Shown piece by piece: positions 10,984-20,836 of a DNA stretch of 64,000 nt. The notes under the pieces are model-generated. The model was not told the origin of the DNA, ran no database searches, and worked only from the letters and a program-made list of their open reading frames with translations. Every line of letters begins with the position of its first letter. Position 1 is the first letter of the stretch. The DNA is from a bacterium (lineage in GTDB: Bacteria > Electryoneota > JAOADG01), in assembly GCA_963681965.1 (NCBI GenBank), contig OY820579.1, positions 3,232,001 through 3,296,000 on the forward strand. The letters are read 5' to 3'. The position numbers and the translations under genes were made by a program.

Positions 10984-11200
10984 GTATTGCTTGAAAATTA
11001 ATTCTGATCAGAAGTAGGGGCGGACCCCCGTGTCCGCCGAAATCTTTTTCACGTACAGACCTCTGTATCTGCCGCAGATATTCGTAGGTACAGACTTCTT
11101 CTGTATCTGCCGCAGATATCCGTAGGTACAGACACTCCTGTCTGTACATGTCCGCCGTGTGGCGGACACCGAATCATCACACCTTCAATTTCAAGAACCA
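10984..11200. repeat. Copy 1 of a TIR-bounded double GTAG-REP intergenic element, with internal tandem duplication
   Basis: Left end gtattgCTTGAAAATT; REP1 GTAGGGGCGGACCCCCGTGTCCGCC at 11014; tandem ~38-bp units at 11053-11147 ending in REP2 GTAGGTACAGACACTCCTGTCTGTAC; right end AATTTCAAG ending at 11195. Confidence 0.75.
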
Positions 11201-11256
11201 CAATATGTAATACGATTTCCCTGATCATCTTTACTTTTTTACCGCACTGATAATAT

Positions 11257-11282
11257 AAAAAAAGCCGGTTGACCCGGCTTTT
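11257..11282 (-). terminator. Rho-independent terminator downstream of tRNA-Gly
   Basis: Minus strand reads AAAAGCCGG-GTCAA-CCGGCTTTTTTT. Confidence 0.85.
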
Positions 11283-11292
11283 GAACTGATTG

Positions 11293-11365
11293 AGCGGCTG
11301 ACGGGGCTCGAACCCGCAACACCCAGCTTGGGAAGCTGGTACGCTACCAATTGCGTTACAGCCGC
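11293..11365 (-). tRNA. tRNA-Gly(CCC); CCA not encoded
   Basis: GCGGCTG-TAACGCAATTGGTAGCGTA-CCAGC-TTCCCAA-GCTGG-GTGTT-GCGGGTTCGAGCCCCGT-CAGCCGC-T folds as a cloverleaf with anticodon CCC, a TTCGA T-loop and discriminator U. Confidence 0.96.
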
Positions 11366-11497
11366 AGTATACATGATTTCCGAATAATATAACTAGAACC
11401 AAACTCCCGAACAAGATCCATCGATTTCCCATTCCTCAACCCGCATTCAATCCACCATAAAAAACAAGGGTGAGAAAACTCACCCTTATCAATACTC

Positions 11498-12274
11498 TCA
11501 CCGGATAATCCGCAACAATCGTTTCCACCGGATGAATTCCCAGAATTGATAAAACGGTGTCTCGAAATCGATCGACAGATAGATGATTTGCGCTTTACCA
11601 ACCACGTTTTCCAGCGGTAGAAATCCCCAGTACCGGCTATCGCCGCTGTTATCGCGATTATCGCCCATCATGAACAATTGACCTTGGGGAATTTTAACCG
11701 GTCCGTAATTATCGGCATTTCCGGCATCGCTCGGTACAATTCCATATTCTTGAAATCCTGCCGGTCGCATCGGACGATCGGAAAGAATCCCTTCCGGCGG
11801 AAGTGGCATCTCTTTGCCATTGACGAAAACTCGTTTGTTGCGAATCTCGACCGTCTGTCCACCCACTGCGATGCATCGCTTGATGTAATTCAATTTCGGA
11901 TCGAGTGGATATTTGAATACCAGCACGTCGCCTTGGTGCGGTTCGCGAATTTTCGGCAACTTGTAGTAAGGGATACTTACGCCAAAATCGGTATAGGGAA
12001 TTCCCAACCAATCGGGACTCTTCATCCCATAAACGAATTTATTCACCAGCAGAAAATCACCGATCAACAGCGTATTTTCCATCGATTGCGACGGAATGCG
12101 AAATGCTTCGGCAACACCACTGCGAATCACAAAAACCATCAGGATGATCGATGCGATCGATTCGAATAGTTGCCGACCGCGCGATTTGCCACCCTCTTTC
12201 GCAAGTCGATTGTGTCGCTTTAACCGCCAGGCTTCTACACGTTCCTTGAAGCTCTCCGGCTGTTGTTCTTCCAT
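11498..12274 (-). CDS. lepB: Signal peptidase I
   Basis: IPSQSMENTL (catalytic Ser), YIKRC (catalytic Lys), GDNRDNSGDSRYWG; downstream of lepA. Confidence 0.96.
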   Translation of the reverse strand: MEEQQPESFKERVEAWRLKRHNRLAKEGGKSRGRQLFESIASIILMVFVIRSGVAEAFRIPSQSMENTLLIGDFLLVNKFVYGMKSPDWLGIPYTDFGVSIPYYKLPKIREPHQGDVLVFKYPLDPKLNYIKRCIAVGGQTVEIRNKRVFVNGKEMPLPPEGILSDRPMRPAGFQEYGIVPSDAGNADNYGPVKIPQGQLFMMGDNRDNSGDSRYWGFLPLENVVGKAQIIYLSIDFETPFYQFWEFIRWKRLLRIIR

Positions 12275-12341
12275 TTTACCACCGCTCGTTGCTTGGTGTG
12301 ATTAAAAAAATCCAGTGACTCGGAACAAATAACGCTATAGA

Positions 12342-14141
12342 CTAATCGACTTTCAAGATTTCAATGAAGGCTTCTTTCGGAATCTCGACACTGCCGATCT
12401 GCTTCATTCGCTTCTTGCCCTCTTTTTGCTTCTCAAGTAGCTTCCGCTTGCGCGTGATATCGCCGCCGTAGCACTTCGCCAATACGTCTTTCCGCATGGC
12501 ACTGATCGTGGCTCGGGCAATGACTTTTCCACCGATCGATGCTTGAATCGCGACCACAAACAGTTGTCGAGGGATCAATTCGCGTAATTTATCGACTGTG
12601 CGTCGACCCCAGTCGTACGCTTTTTCATTGAACACAATCATCGACAGACCGTCGACCGGCTCACCGTTGATCAGAATATCCAACTTGGTCAACTTCGCTT
12701 CGCGATAATCCTTCAATTCGTAATCGAAGCTGGCATAACCCCGTGTAATCGACTTCAACCGATCGTAGAAATCGAAGACAATTTCCGCTAACGGAAATTC
12801 AAACGTCAATCTTGAGCGATCGGAAGAAAGAAATTCCGTGGTATGATAGATACCGCGTCGCTCCATCGCCAACTTCATGATTGCCCCGATAAATTCGGAT
12901 GGTGCAATCGTCGAAGCACTCACATACGGTTCTTCGGTTTTGACGATATTGGTCTGATTCGGCCAGTGTGCTGGATTGTCGACGATCTTACACTCATTGT
13001 CGGAGGTATACACTTTATATTCCACCGACGGAACAGTTGTAATCAGATCAAGATTGTATTCCCGCTCCAACCGCTCCTGCACGATTTCCATGTGCAACAA
13101 ACCAAGAAAACCACAACGGAAACCAAAGCCCAACACACCCGACGTTTCCGGTTCGACAAACAGCGATGCGTCGTTCAATTTCAATTTGTCGAGTGACTCG
13201 CGCAAGTCTTGAAAGTAATCGGCTTCGGTCGGATAGAGACCGGCAAAAACCATCGGTTTCGGTTCGTGGTAACCGGCAAGCGGTTTTTCACAACTGTGAT
13301 ACCGATGAGTGACCGTATCCCCGACACGCGTTTCCTTGACTTCTTTCGAGCCGGTAATTAAATAACCCACCATCCCCGGTGTCAGTTCCTCGCACGGAAA
13401 TCGACCCATTCGAAGCGATCCGATCTCTTCCGCCTCATAGAACGCACCCGAGCGGAAGAATTTCACCCAATCGCGTCGTTTCAATGTACCGTTGATAATC
13501 CGGATATAGGCGACGGCACCGCGATAGATATCGTACATCGAATCGAAAATAATCGCCTGCAACGGTTGATCGGCTTGCCCGACTGGTGCCGGAACCCGCG
13601 CAACAATCGCTTCGAGCAGCATCTCGATATTCGTACCGACTTTACCCGAAACTGGAATTATCTCTTCCGGTTTACAACCCAACAAGTCGGTGATCTGATG
13701 CGAAACGTCTTCGATTTGCGCCGACGGCAGATCAATCTTGTTGATTAAGGGGATAATCTCTAGATCGGCATCCAGCGCCAGATACAGATTCGATAGCGTC
13801 TGCGCTTCGATCCCTTGAGCGGCATCGACTACCAGCAACGCGCCTTCGCAGGCGGCTAGCGAGCGCGAGACTTCATAGGTAAAGTCGACGTGTCCCGGAG
13901 TATCGATCAAATTCAGCAAATATTCGACACCGTTTTTGGCGGTATAGTGCATCGATATCGCATGAGCTTTGATCGTAATGCCACGCTCGCGTTCCAGATC
14001 CATGTCATCCAGAACCTGATTGGACATCTCACGCTCGGGAATCGTGTGCGTAAATTCGAGCAGACGATCGGCTAACGTCGATTTGCCATGATCGATGTGG
14101 GCGATAATACAAAAATTGCGGATTCTACTTAGGTCTCTCAC
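12342..14141 (-). CDS. lepA: Elongation factor 4 (LepA)
   Basis: [56 protein letters not shown] at 14141 is the likely start (the ORF track gives 14168). Confidence 0.97.
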   Translation of the reverse strand: MRDLSRIRNFCIIAHIDHGKSTLADRLLEFTHTIPEREMSNQVLDDMDLERERGITIKAHAISMHYTAKNGVEYLLNLIDTPGHVDFTYEVSRSLAACEGALLVVDAAQGIEAQTLSNLYLALDADLEIIPLINKIDLPSAQIEDVSHQITDLLGCKPEEIIPVSGKVGTNIEMLLEAIVARVPAPVGQADQPLQAIIFDSMYDIYRGAVAYIRIINGTLKRRDWVKFFRSGAFYEAEEIGSLRMGRFPCEELTPGMVGYLITGSKEVKETRVGDTVTHRYHSCEKPLAGYHEPKPMVFAGLYPTEADYFQDLRESLDKLKLNDASLFVEPETSGVLGFGFRCGFLGLLHMEIVQERLEREYNLDLITTVPSVEYKVYTSDNECKIVDNPAHWPNQTNIVKTEEPYVSASTIAPSEFIGAIMKLAMERRGIYHTTEFLSSDRSRLTFEFPLAEIVFDFYDRLKSITRGYASFDYELKDYREAKLTKLDILINGEPVDGLSMIVFNEKAYDWGRRTVDKLRELIPRQLFVVAIQASIGGKVIARATISAMRKDVLAKCYGGDITRKRKLLEKQKEGKKRMKQIGSVEIPKEAFIEILKVD

Positions 14142-14216
14142 GGTCCTACTTAAATTTAAATCAAACATTTAATATACGAAGATGCAGCTCAGAAGTGAAT
14201 TAACGCTTAGAGCCGA

Positions 14217-14242
14217 ATGGCGCAGGACTGCTCCTGCGCCAT
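14217..14242. other. GC-rich hairpin between pyrC and lepA (terminator-like or REP-like)
   Basis: ATGGCGCAGG-actgct-CCTGCGCCAT, a 10-bp perfect stem with no clear U-tract. Confidence 0.55.
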
Positions 14243-14261
14243 CCAGTGTGTTATCAAATTG

Positions 14262-15608
14262 TTACGAATTGGTTTCAACCAAAAAACAATACTGCCCTTT
14301 ATTAACGATCCCATACGCTTTCCCGGTTAACTCCCAACCGTGAAACGGCGTATTCCGGCTCTTCCCCGCCAACTTGAATTTATCGACGGTCCATGTTTGA
14401 TCCGGATCGAAAATAGTTAAATCGGCATCAGCCCCGACCTCAACCGGATTCGCAGCCAGCCCGAGCGCTTGTCGCGGTCCGATCGTCAATTTCCAGATCA
14501 ATTCTGGCAACGCCAACACACCACTCTTCACCAATTCCCGTACTGCCAAGCCAAAGGCGGTCTCCAACCCCACAATTCCGAACGGCGCATATTCAAATTC
14601 GAGTTCCTTCTCTTCAGGAGCATGCGGAGCATGATCGGTCGCAATCGTACCGATCGTCCCGTCTTTCAATCCCGCGCGAACTGCTTCTACATCGACTGAA
14701 CTGCGCAGTGGTGGATTCATTTTCAAATCGGTCGAGAATGATTCGATGCAAGCATCGGTCATTGAACTTGTGAAATGATGCGGTGTCGCCTCACAAGTAA
14801 CCTTCACGCCTCGACATTGTGCCTCGCGAACTAATTCGATACTCCGAGCCGAGGAGATATGACAGATGTGAACTGGACAATTCAGATACTCCGCGAGGAG
14901 AATGTCGCGAGCTACCATCACATCTTCTGCTACTGTCGGCATCCCCGGCAATCCGAGCGTGGTACTCCACTCGCTCTCATTCATCACCCCTTTGCCGACC
15001 AGCGATTTATCCTCGGCATGACTGAAGAACTTGACACCGAATGTCGAGCCGTATTCCATCACTTTCCGCACCATCCCGCTGTCGCTGACTGGCGAACCAT
15101 CGTCGGACACTGCTGTCACACCGATATCGGATAAATCTGCCAGCTCGGTAAGTTCTTTGCCCGCACGCCCTTTGGTCGCGGCAGCAATCACCGAGAGCGA
15201 TACCGGATGCGCTTTTCCGCAATCGAGCACCCATTTCACGATCGCAGCATGATCCAGCGCCGGTTCGGTATTCGGCATACAGGCAACGCCGGTAAATCCA
15301 CCCACCATCGCACTGTTCAATCCACCCAGAATTGTCTCTTTGTATTCGAAACCAGGTTCGCGCAAATGGACGTGGAGATCGAACCAGCCCGGCGAAACCA
15401 TCTTGCCATTCAAATCGAACTCTTGACAGGCTTCGCACTTCAGCGCGTCGTCACCCATCGCCGAAATCTTCCCGCGTTCGATAAAGAGATGAGTTTCGAC
15501 AACTGCATAATCGCGATGGGGATCGCACAATTTTACATTCTTCAACAACAACGATGCGGCAGGAATTTGTTCCCAACCTACTGGCAATGTGACACACGAA
15601 TTATCCAC
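14262..15608 (-). CDS. pyrC: Dihydroorotase (multifunctional-complex type)
   Basis: DLHVHLREPG, MPNT, KMNPPLR, ATDHAPH, GLETA. The likely GTG start at 15608 overlaps the pyrB stop. Confidence 0.95.
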   Translation of the reverse strand: MDNSCVTLPVGWEQIPAASLLLKNVKLCDPHRDYAVVETHLFIERGKISAMGDDALKCEACQEFDLNGKMVSPGWFDLHVHLREPGFEYKETILGGLNSAMVGGFTGVACMPNTEPALDHAAIVKWVLDCGKAHPVSLSVIAAATKGRAGKELTELADLSDIGVTAVSDDGSPVSDSGMVRKVMEYGSTFGVKFFSHAEDKSLVGKGVMNESEWSTTLGLPGMPTVAEDVMVARDILLAEYLNCPVHICHISSARSIELVREAQCRGVKVTCEATPHHFTSSMTDACIESFSTDLKMNPPLRSSVDVEAVRAGLKDGTIGTIATDHAPHAPEEKELEFEYAPFGIVGLETAFGLAVRELVKSGVLALPELIWKLTIGPRQALGLAANPVEVGADADLTIFDPDQTWTVDKFKLAGKSRNTPFHGWELTGKAYGIVNKGQYCFLVETNS

Positions 15609-16557
15609 GATTGATCCCCCTGCAAAGTAAATATAGAATCGCCATGCGCACCGCAACGCCGTTGGTGACTTGATCGAGAATCACGCTATGTTCGCCGTCG
15701 GCGACATCGTGATCGATTTCCACACCCCGATTGATTGGACCGGGATGAAGAATTGTCAACGGTTTCGGTGCTTTATCAAGCAACCGTTTTGTGATACCGT
15801 AGTGAATACGGTACTCGCGTAATGACGGTATTGCTGCCCCCGCCGCGCGCTCCAATTGGATCCGCAATACATTCAATGCATCGCTGTTCTTGATCGCATC
15901 TTCGACTTTGGGATAAACAATGATGCCTAATTTCTCAATGTCACGCGGAATCATCGATGCCGGTCCGCACACTGCAGGAATTGCGCCGGCAATTTTCAAT
16001 GCGAATAAGTTGGACATCGCTACCCGGCTGTGCGCAATATCGCCGACCAGCGTTACGCGCAATCCTTCCAGTACCCGAAAACGCTCGCGCAACGTGTACA
16101 GATCCAGCAGCGCTTGTGTCGGATGCTCGTGTGCACCATCGCCCGCATTGATCACCACGCTTTTAATGCGATCGGAGAGAAACCACGGTGCTCCCGGTGC
16201 CGAGTGACGCATCACCACGGCATCGATCTTCATCGCTTCGATATTCCGTACCGTGTCGAGTAACGTTTCCCCTTTCGAAACGCTGCTGCCGCCTGCCGCA
16301 AAATTCAAAACATCGGCACCCAAGCGCTTCTCGGCTAGTTCGAAACTGATTCGAGTACGTGTGGAGTTTTCGAAAAACAAATTGACGACTTGCACACCGC
16401 GAAGGGTCGGCAGATTTCGTACCGGACGTTCCAGCACTTCCCGGAAAGTGCGTGCCGTATCTAGATACAATAATAAATCGCGCGTCGACATCCCGCGAAT
16501 CCCCAACAGGTGACGGGAAGTCGGTGTCGCACTCGGTAGATGAGTTGTCTGCTCCAT
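15601..16557 (-). CDS. pyrB: Aspartate carbamoyltransferase catalytic subunit
   Basis: FFENSTRT, NAGDGAHEHPTQALLD, GDIAHSRVA, HPGPINRG. Confidence 0.97.
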   Translation of the reverse strand: MEQTTHLPSATPTSRHLLGIRGMSTRDLLLYLDTARTFREVLERPVRNLPTLRGVQVVNLFFENSTRTRISFELAEKRLGADVLNFAAGGSSVSKGETLLDTVRNIEAMKIDAVVMRHSAPGAPWFLSDRIKSVVINAGDGAHEHPTQALLDLYTLRERFRVLEGLRVTLVGDIAHSRVAMSNLFALKIAGAIPAVCGPASMIPRDIEKLGIIVYPKVEDAIKNSDALNVLRIQLERAAGAAIPSLREYRIHYGITKRLLDKAPKPLTILHPGPINRGVEIDHDVADGEHSVILDQVTNGVAVRMAILYLLCRGINRG

Positions 16558-17094
16558 TTATTCCTCCACCCCGTGAATGACGACGCTGTCTTCGCCATCG
16601 ACTTCTGCCATTTTCACTTTCACTTTGTCGGCGATATTGGTCGGTACATTTTTACCGACATAATCGGCGCGGATCGGCAATTGACGATGACCGCGATCGA
16701 TCAATACCAGCAACTGAATCCGCTTCGGACGTCCGAAACTGATCAATTCGTCGATCGCCGCGCGAACACTTCGACCGGTAAACAACACATCGTCTACCAG
16801 AATAATATTCTTACCGTCGATCGGAAACGAGAGATGGTTGCCCATCGGAATTTCGCTTTTCAATGTCGTGCGATAATCGTCGCGGTACAACGTTACATCG
16901 ATCGATCCGCATTCGATCGATCGTCCCTCGATTTCGCCCAACATCGCTGCAATCCGCTCTGCTAGCGGAACACCGCGCGTTTGGATACCGACCAATGCGA
17001 AATCTTCGCCGCCGGCACGCTCGGTTACTTCATGCGCCAATCGTCGAACGGTTCGTTCGAATGCTGCCGCATCGAGAACTACGTGTGGTGCCAT
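16558..17094 (-). CDS. pyrR: Bifunctional pyr attenuation regulator / uracil phosphoribosyltransferase
   Basis: GIQTRG, DVTLYRDD, LVDDVLFTGRS, DRGHRQLPIRADYVGKN; ATG at 17094 follows AAGGAG. Confidence 0.96.
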   Translation of the reverse strand: MAPHVVLDAAAFERTVRRLAHEVTERAGGEDFALVGIQTRGVPLAERIAAMLGEIEGRSIECGSIDVTLYRDDYRTTLKSEIPMGNHLSFPIDGKNIILVDDVLFTGRSVRAAIDELISFGRPKRIQLLVLIDRGHRQLPIRADYVGKNVPTNIADKVKVKMAEVDGEDSVVIHGVEE

Positions 17095-17129
17095 GATTCT
17101 CCTTTCAGAATCGTTGCTCAAGGCAACCT

Positions 17130-17164
17130 AAAAAACAAATACGCACCCGAGGCGGATGCGTATT
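17130..17164 (-). terminator. Attenuator terminator of the pyr leader
   Basis: Minus strand reads AATACGCATCCG-CCT-CGGGTGCGTATT-TGTTTTTT, directly upstream of pyrR. Confidence 0.85.
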
Positions 17165-17190
17165 GTCGACACTCACACAATTCGCGACCG

Positions 17191-17225
17191 CCTCTTGGTA
17201 CCCTCGCTGGAGTACATTAAAGAGG
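17191..17225 (-). promoter_or_regulatory. PyrR-binding RNA stem-loop (anti-antiterminator)
   Basis: Minus strand reads CCUCUU-UAAU-GUAC-UCCAGCGAGG-GUAC-C-AAGAGG, matching the PyrR element consensus (CUUUAA...UCCnGnGAGG). Confidence 0.85.
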
Positions 17226-17285
17226 ACTACTGTCGAAATGTTTCGCAGCCGATCAATTCCGATTTCGACTGCGTGATGAAAATTC

Positions 17286-18233
17286 TTATTCAGCCGACGC
17301 TTGGATTCTTCCCTGTTCGTCGTAATTGAAGAAACCGCGTCCAGTTTTCTTGCCTAAGTTACCACCGCGAACCAGCTTTTTCAATAGCGGGCAGGGTCGA
17401 TACTTAAGATCGCCTAAATCATGGAATAACTCTTCCATCCACAGCAGTACTTCGTCGAGACCGATCGAGTCGGCTAGCTGTAACGGTCCAATATTCAAGC
17501 CGTAACCGAGTTTCAATGCGGTATCGATACCTTCCGCCGAAGCAACGCCTTCCATCAACACGTACATAGCTTCATTCAACATCGGAAGGATCACGCGGGT
17601 TGTCACATATCCGGGAGATTCATAGACTTCGACATACTGCTTGCCAAGACGCGAAGCAATCTTGCGAACAAAGTCGTACGTCGCTTGACTGGTCTTCAAT
17701 CCACGGACAATTTCCACCACCGGCATTTTCGGTACCGGATTCAAGAAATGCATACCGATCACCCGGTCGGCACGTTGCGTTACCGTCGCCAATTCCGTCA
17801 ACGACAAGGTCGATGAATTGGATACCAGAATTGCATCGCGCTTCAGCAGCGAATCGAGCTTGCGGAACAGCAATTTCTTAGCATCCAACACTTCGGGAAT
17901 CGATTCGATTACGAGATGTTCGCCGGCAACGGCATCGATCTCTATCGCACCTTTGATGCGGGACAAGATTGCGCGTTTTTCCGAACCGGTCATACCCCAG
18001 CGATTGATTTCCTGATCGAGATCGTCGGACAACGACTTCATACTCTGTTTCAAGCACTCGTCGCTCTGTTCGACCAAAATGACTTCAATCCCTTTCGCCG
18101 CGGCTGTCCAAGCAATACCGCGACCCATCTGACCGCCGCCGATGATACCGATTTTTGCTAAATTACTCGCCGTGATCTCTTCAACGGCTTGTTCGGGCAT
18201 GACGCCCAGGATGTCTTGTAGTGTTTCAGCCAT
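17286..18233 (-). CDS. hbd: 3-hydroxybutyryl-CoA (3-hydroxyacyl-CoA) dehydrogenase
   Basis: GGGQMGRG Rossmann motif, [38 protein letters not shown]. Confidence 0.9.
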   Translation of the reverse strand: MAETLQDILGVMPEQAVEEITASNLAKIGIIGGGQMGRGIAWTAAAKGIEVILVEQSDECLKQSMKSLSDDLDQEINRWGMTGSEKRAILSRIKGAIEIDAVAGEHLVIESIPEVLDAKKLLFRKLDSLLKRDAILVSNSSTLSLTELATVTQRADRVIGMHFLNPVPKMPVVEIVRGLKTSQATYDFVRKIASRLGKQYVEVYESPGYVTTRVILPMLNEAMYVLMEGVASAEGIDTALKLGYGLNIGPLQLADSIGLDEVLLWMEELFHDLGDLKYRPCPLLKKLVRGGNLGKKTGRGFFNYDEQGRIQASAE

Positions 18234-18258
18234 GATCCTGTCAAACTCCTAATTGTGC

Positions 18259-18675
18259 TTAGTGCGACAGATAATTGTCGCGGAAGAAAAAGTCGGTCTC
18301 GATTGCACCATTCTCGACGGAATCGCTACCGTGAACGGCATTCGCCTCGATCGATCGGGCAAACAATTTCCGAATTGTACCGGGTTCGGCTTTTGCGGGA
18401 TCGGTCGCACCGATCACTTTGCGCCAGTGGGATACCGCATCGTCGCGACCTAACGCGATGACAACGACCGGACCGGAAGTCATGTATTCGACTAACGAAA
18501 CGTAAAACGGGCGTTCGCGGTGAACGGCATAAAACTGCTGTGCCTGTTCTTTCGATAGCTGCATGGCACGCAATCCGAGCAGTTGGAATCCTTCACGTTC
18601 GATGATGTGAAGAATGTCACCCACGTGGTTGCCGGCAAATGCGTCGGGTTTGATGATACAGAGGGTTCTTTCCAT
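18259..18675 (-). CDS. ndk: Nucleoside diphosphate kinase
   Basis: [30 protein letters not shown]. The ATG at 18675 is used here (the ORF track gives 18684). Confidence 0.97.
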   Translation of the reverse strand: MERTLCIIKPDAFAGNHVGDILHIIEREGFQLLGLRAMQLSKEQAQQFYAVHRERPFYVSLVEYMTSGPVVVIALGRDDAVSHWRKVIGATDPAKAEPGTIRKLFARSIEANAVHGSDSVENGAIETDFFFRDNYLSH

Positions 18676-18888
18676 TCGATTCAACTCCTAATGGCTCATA
18701 ACGAGAAAAATATTCAGCAAGAAAGATAACACTAAAGAGGTGGCTGGAACAAAATTTCACAAATGAACGAGTTCGACTTCTAATAACATCATTGTGAAAT
18801 CTCGGAAGTATACTATAAGTACAGTGTTTTCAAATTATTTGGTCGTGGTTGACCGGCTCATATTGAAAAACAATTGATCTCGGCTTAT

Positions 18889-19389
18889 CTAAACATCTGA
18901 AGACGAACCTTCAGAAGTAAGTTCCCGTAACCAGACATAATAATCCGTTATCGCTGGGGTGTTCCCCGCTGCCCGCACCCGTGACGCAATTTGACCGCGA
19001 TGATAGGTACTATGATTGACCACATTGAACAGGATTTCTTCGACAACCGCTTGATTGGCATTCCCCCGGATATCCCGAAACGGAATCAGATCCGCCAATT
19101 GACTCTCGGTAAGCGAGGACATGAAAGTTTTGATTGCTTCCGTCAATTCGGACAGTTTCGCTTCGCATTCGGAAACTGTCCACGTCGGAAACACTTCCTT
19201 CTGCAGCGCCAGATACGGTTCGGAACCATATTCAAGCTTGTTCAATCGAGCCAACCAGAGCCGATTCGCCCCGATAAGGTGACCGAACAGCTTCAATCGA
19301 TTGTCGGAGCTGTCGGTCACATCGGAGATCGAAACGAACGTCCGTTGATTCGCCCAATTGTTGTAGGCAATCAGTCTATTCGGATTCAT
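18889..19389 (-). CDS. DinB/YfiT-family putative metalloenzyme
   Basis: YNNWAN, GHL...WLARL and NHSTYHRGQ motifs; likely ATG at 19389 overlapping the end of korC. Confidence 0.88.
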   Translation of the reverse strand: MNPNRLIAYNNWANQRTFVSISDVTDSSDNRLKLFGHLIGANRLWLARLNKLEYGSEPYLALQKEVFPTWTVSECEAKLSELTEAIKTFMSSLTESQLADLIPFRDIRGNANQAVVEEILFNVVNHSTYHRGQIASRVRAAGNTPAITDYYVWLRELTSEGSSSDV

Positions 19390-19996
19390 AAGATTCGGTT
19401 TTGGATTTCTGTTCACCGGCTTTCGGAACATACACCGGTCCGTCTTTGAGCAATTTCTCGCCCCAGATAAATCCGGTTTCCAATGCTTTCAAATTCAGTT
19501 GTTCGGTGCCTTTCGGAGCGTGACGTAAAACCGCTTTACGCACTGAATCTTCTTCGACGACATTGGTCATTTTTACCATTGCGCCTAGTGCCACCACCGA
19601 ACTCATCACCATTTTACCGACTTCGCGTTTAGTGACGAGAATAATCGGCATCGAATACACCTTTGCCGGAGCATTGGCATAATTCGTTACGAGTGACGGT
19701 TCCACCAGAATGATTCCATCGGGACGAGTATCCCCTACGAACCGTTCGTAGGCGCGTTGCGACATTGCTAAAAAGAAATCGACTTCATTTGCCTGCGGGA
19801 AAATAATCCGTTCGGCATCCAAAATCACATCCACTTTCGTCGCTCCGCCACGAACTTGAGCGGTGTACTGCGGTGACTGAACGGTTTGCAAACCTTCGAA
19901 AAACGCTGCCGCGTCGGCTAAGATTGCACCGGCTAGAATAACGCCTTGACCACCCACAGCACCAAATCGAGCTTCGTAATGTGTCCACGTTCGCAT
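19376..19996 (-). CDS. korC: 2-oxoacid:ferredoxin oxidoreductase gamma subunit
   Basis: GAVGGQGVILAG and YTAQVRGG; position in the operon. Confidence 0.9.
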   Translation of the reverse strand: MRTWTHYEARFGAVGGQGVILAGAILADAAAFFEGLQTVQSPQYTAQVRGGATKVDVILDAERIIFPQANEVDFFLAMSQRAYERFVGDTRPDGIILVEPSLVTNYANAPAKVYSMPIILVTKREVGKMVMSSVVALGAMVKMTNVVEEDSVRKAVLRHAPKGTEQLNLKALETGFIWGEKLLKDGPVYVPKAGEQKSKTESYESE

Positions 19997-20836
19997 TTAT
20001 TCCTCCGCCGCTTTCTGACCGTACTTCGCTAACACGCGCTGACGTAGTCGTTCGTATTCGTCGCAATATTCCGGTCGATCGATCTTGTGCAATTCGCCGA
20101 CAATGTACTTACCGATCAATTCTTCCGGAGCCATCTTCTCGGCTTTTGCGACTTGAACGGTACGCTCTTTGATATCCTCAATCATTTGCCACGCGTCGGG
20201 TTGTCGATTGCGACGACCGAATTGCGTATGGCAATTCGAGATCACTTCAATCACCGAGAAACCGCGATGAGCCAAGCCATTGCGAATCAATTTTTCCAGC
20301 ATCACACCGTTCGCTACCGTTCCGCGCGCCACGTAAGTCGCTCCTGCGGCGATTGCCAGCTTCGCGACATCGAATCCCGGTTCGATGTTACCGTAAGGTG
20401 CGGTCGCGGCAAATGCCCCTTGCGGGGTAGTCGGAGAATACTGCCCACCGGTCATACCGTAGATATGATTATTGTTCAAGATCACGGTGATGTCGATGTT
20501 TCTGCGGCACGCATGAATAAAGTGATTGCCGCCGATTGCGAGAATGTCGCCGTCGCCAGCCATCGACACGACGTGCATATCGGGTCGCGCCAGTTTGATA
20601 CCGGTCGCAAACGTCAATGCACGACCGTGAGTCGTGTGCAACGTATTCGCTTTCGTGTAACCGGTCACCCGCGAAGTACAGCCGATACCGGAAACCATCG
20701 CGATTTCTTCATTCTTCCAGCCCAATTCGGAAAATGCCTTGTACAGCGCCTTGGCGGCGATACCGATACCGCAACCCGGACACCAGAGAAATGGCATTTT
20801 ATCCATGCGGATATATTGACTATAATCGAAACTCAT
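19997..20836 (-). CDS. korB: 2-oxoacid:ferredoxin oxidoreductase beta subunit
   Basis: WCPGCG, SGIGC, HTTHGR, and the GDGD...NN TPP-binding motif, YGMTGGQ. Confidence 0.94.
   Translation of the reverse strand: MSFDYSQYIRMDKMPFLWCPGCGIGIAAKALYKAFSELGWKNEEIAMVSGIGCTSRVTGYTKANTLHTTHGRALTFATGIKLARPDMHVVSMAGDGDILAIGGNHFIHACRRNIDITVILNNNHIYGMTGGQYSPTTPQGAFAATAPYGNIEPGFDVAKLAIAAGATYVARGTVANGVMLEKLIRNGLAHRGFSVIEVISNCHTQFGRRNRQPDAWQMIEDIKERTVQVAKAEKMAPEELIGKYIVGELHKIDRPEYCDEYERLRQRVLAKYGQKAAEE

Noticed and set aside
11053-11147. Possible mini CRISPR array
   Set aside because: The units are directly tandem with no unique spacers, there are no cas genes, and the sequence belongs to the REP element family.
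11049-11432. 127-aa minus-strand ORF
   Set aside because: It runs across tRNA-Gly, its terminator and the repeat, so it is spurious.
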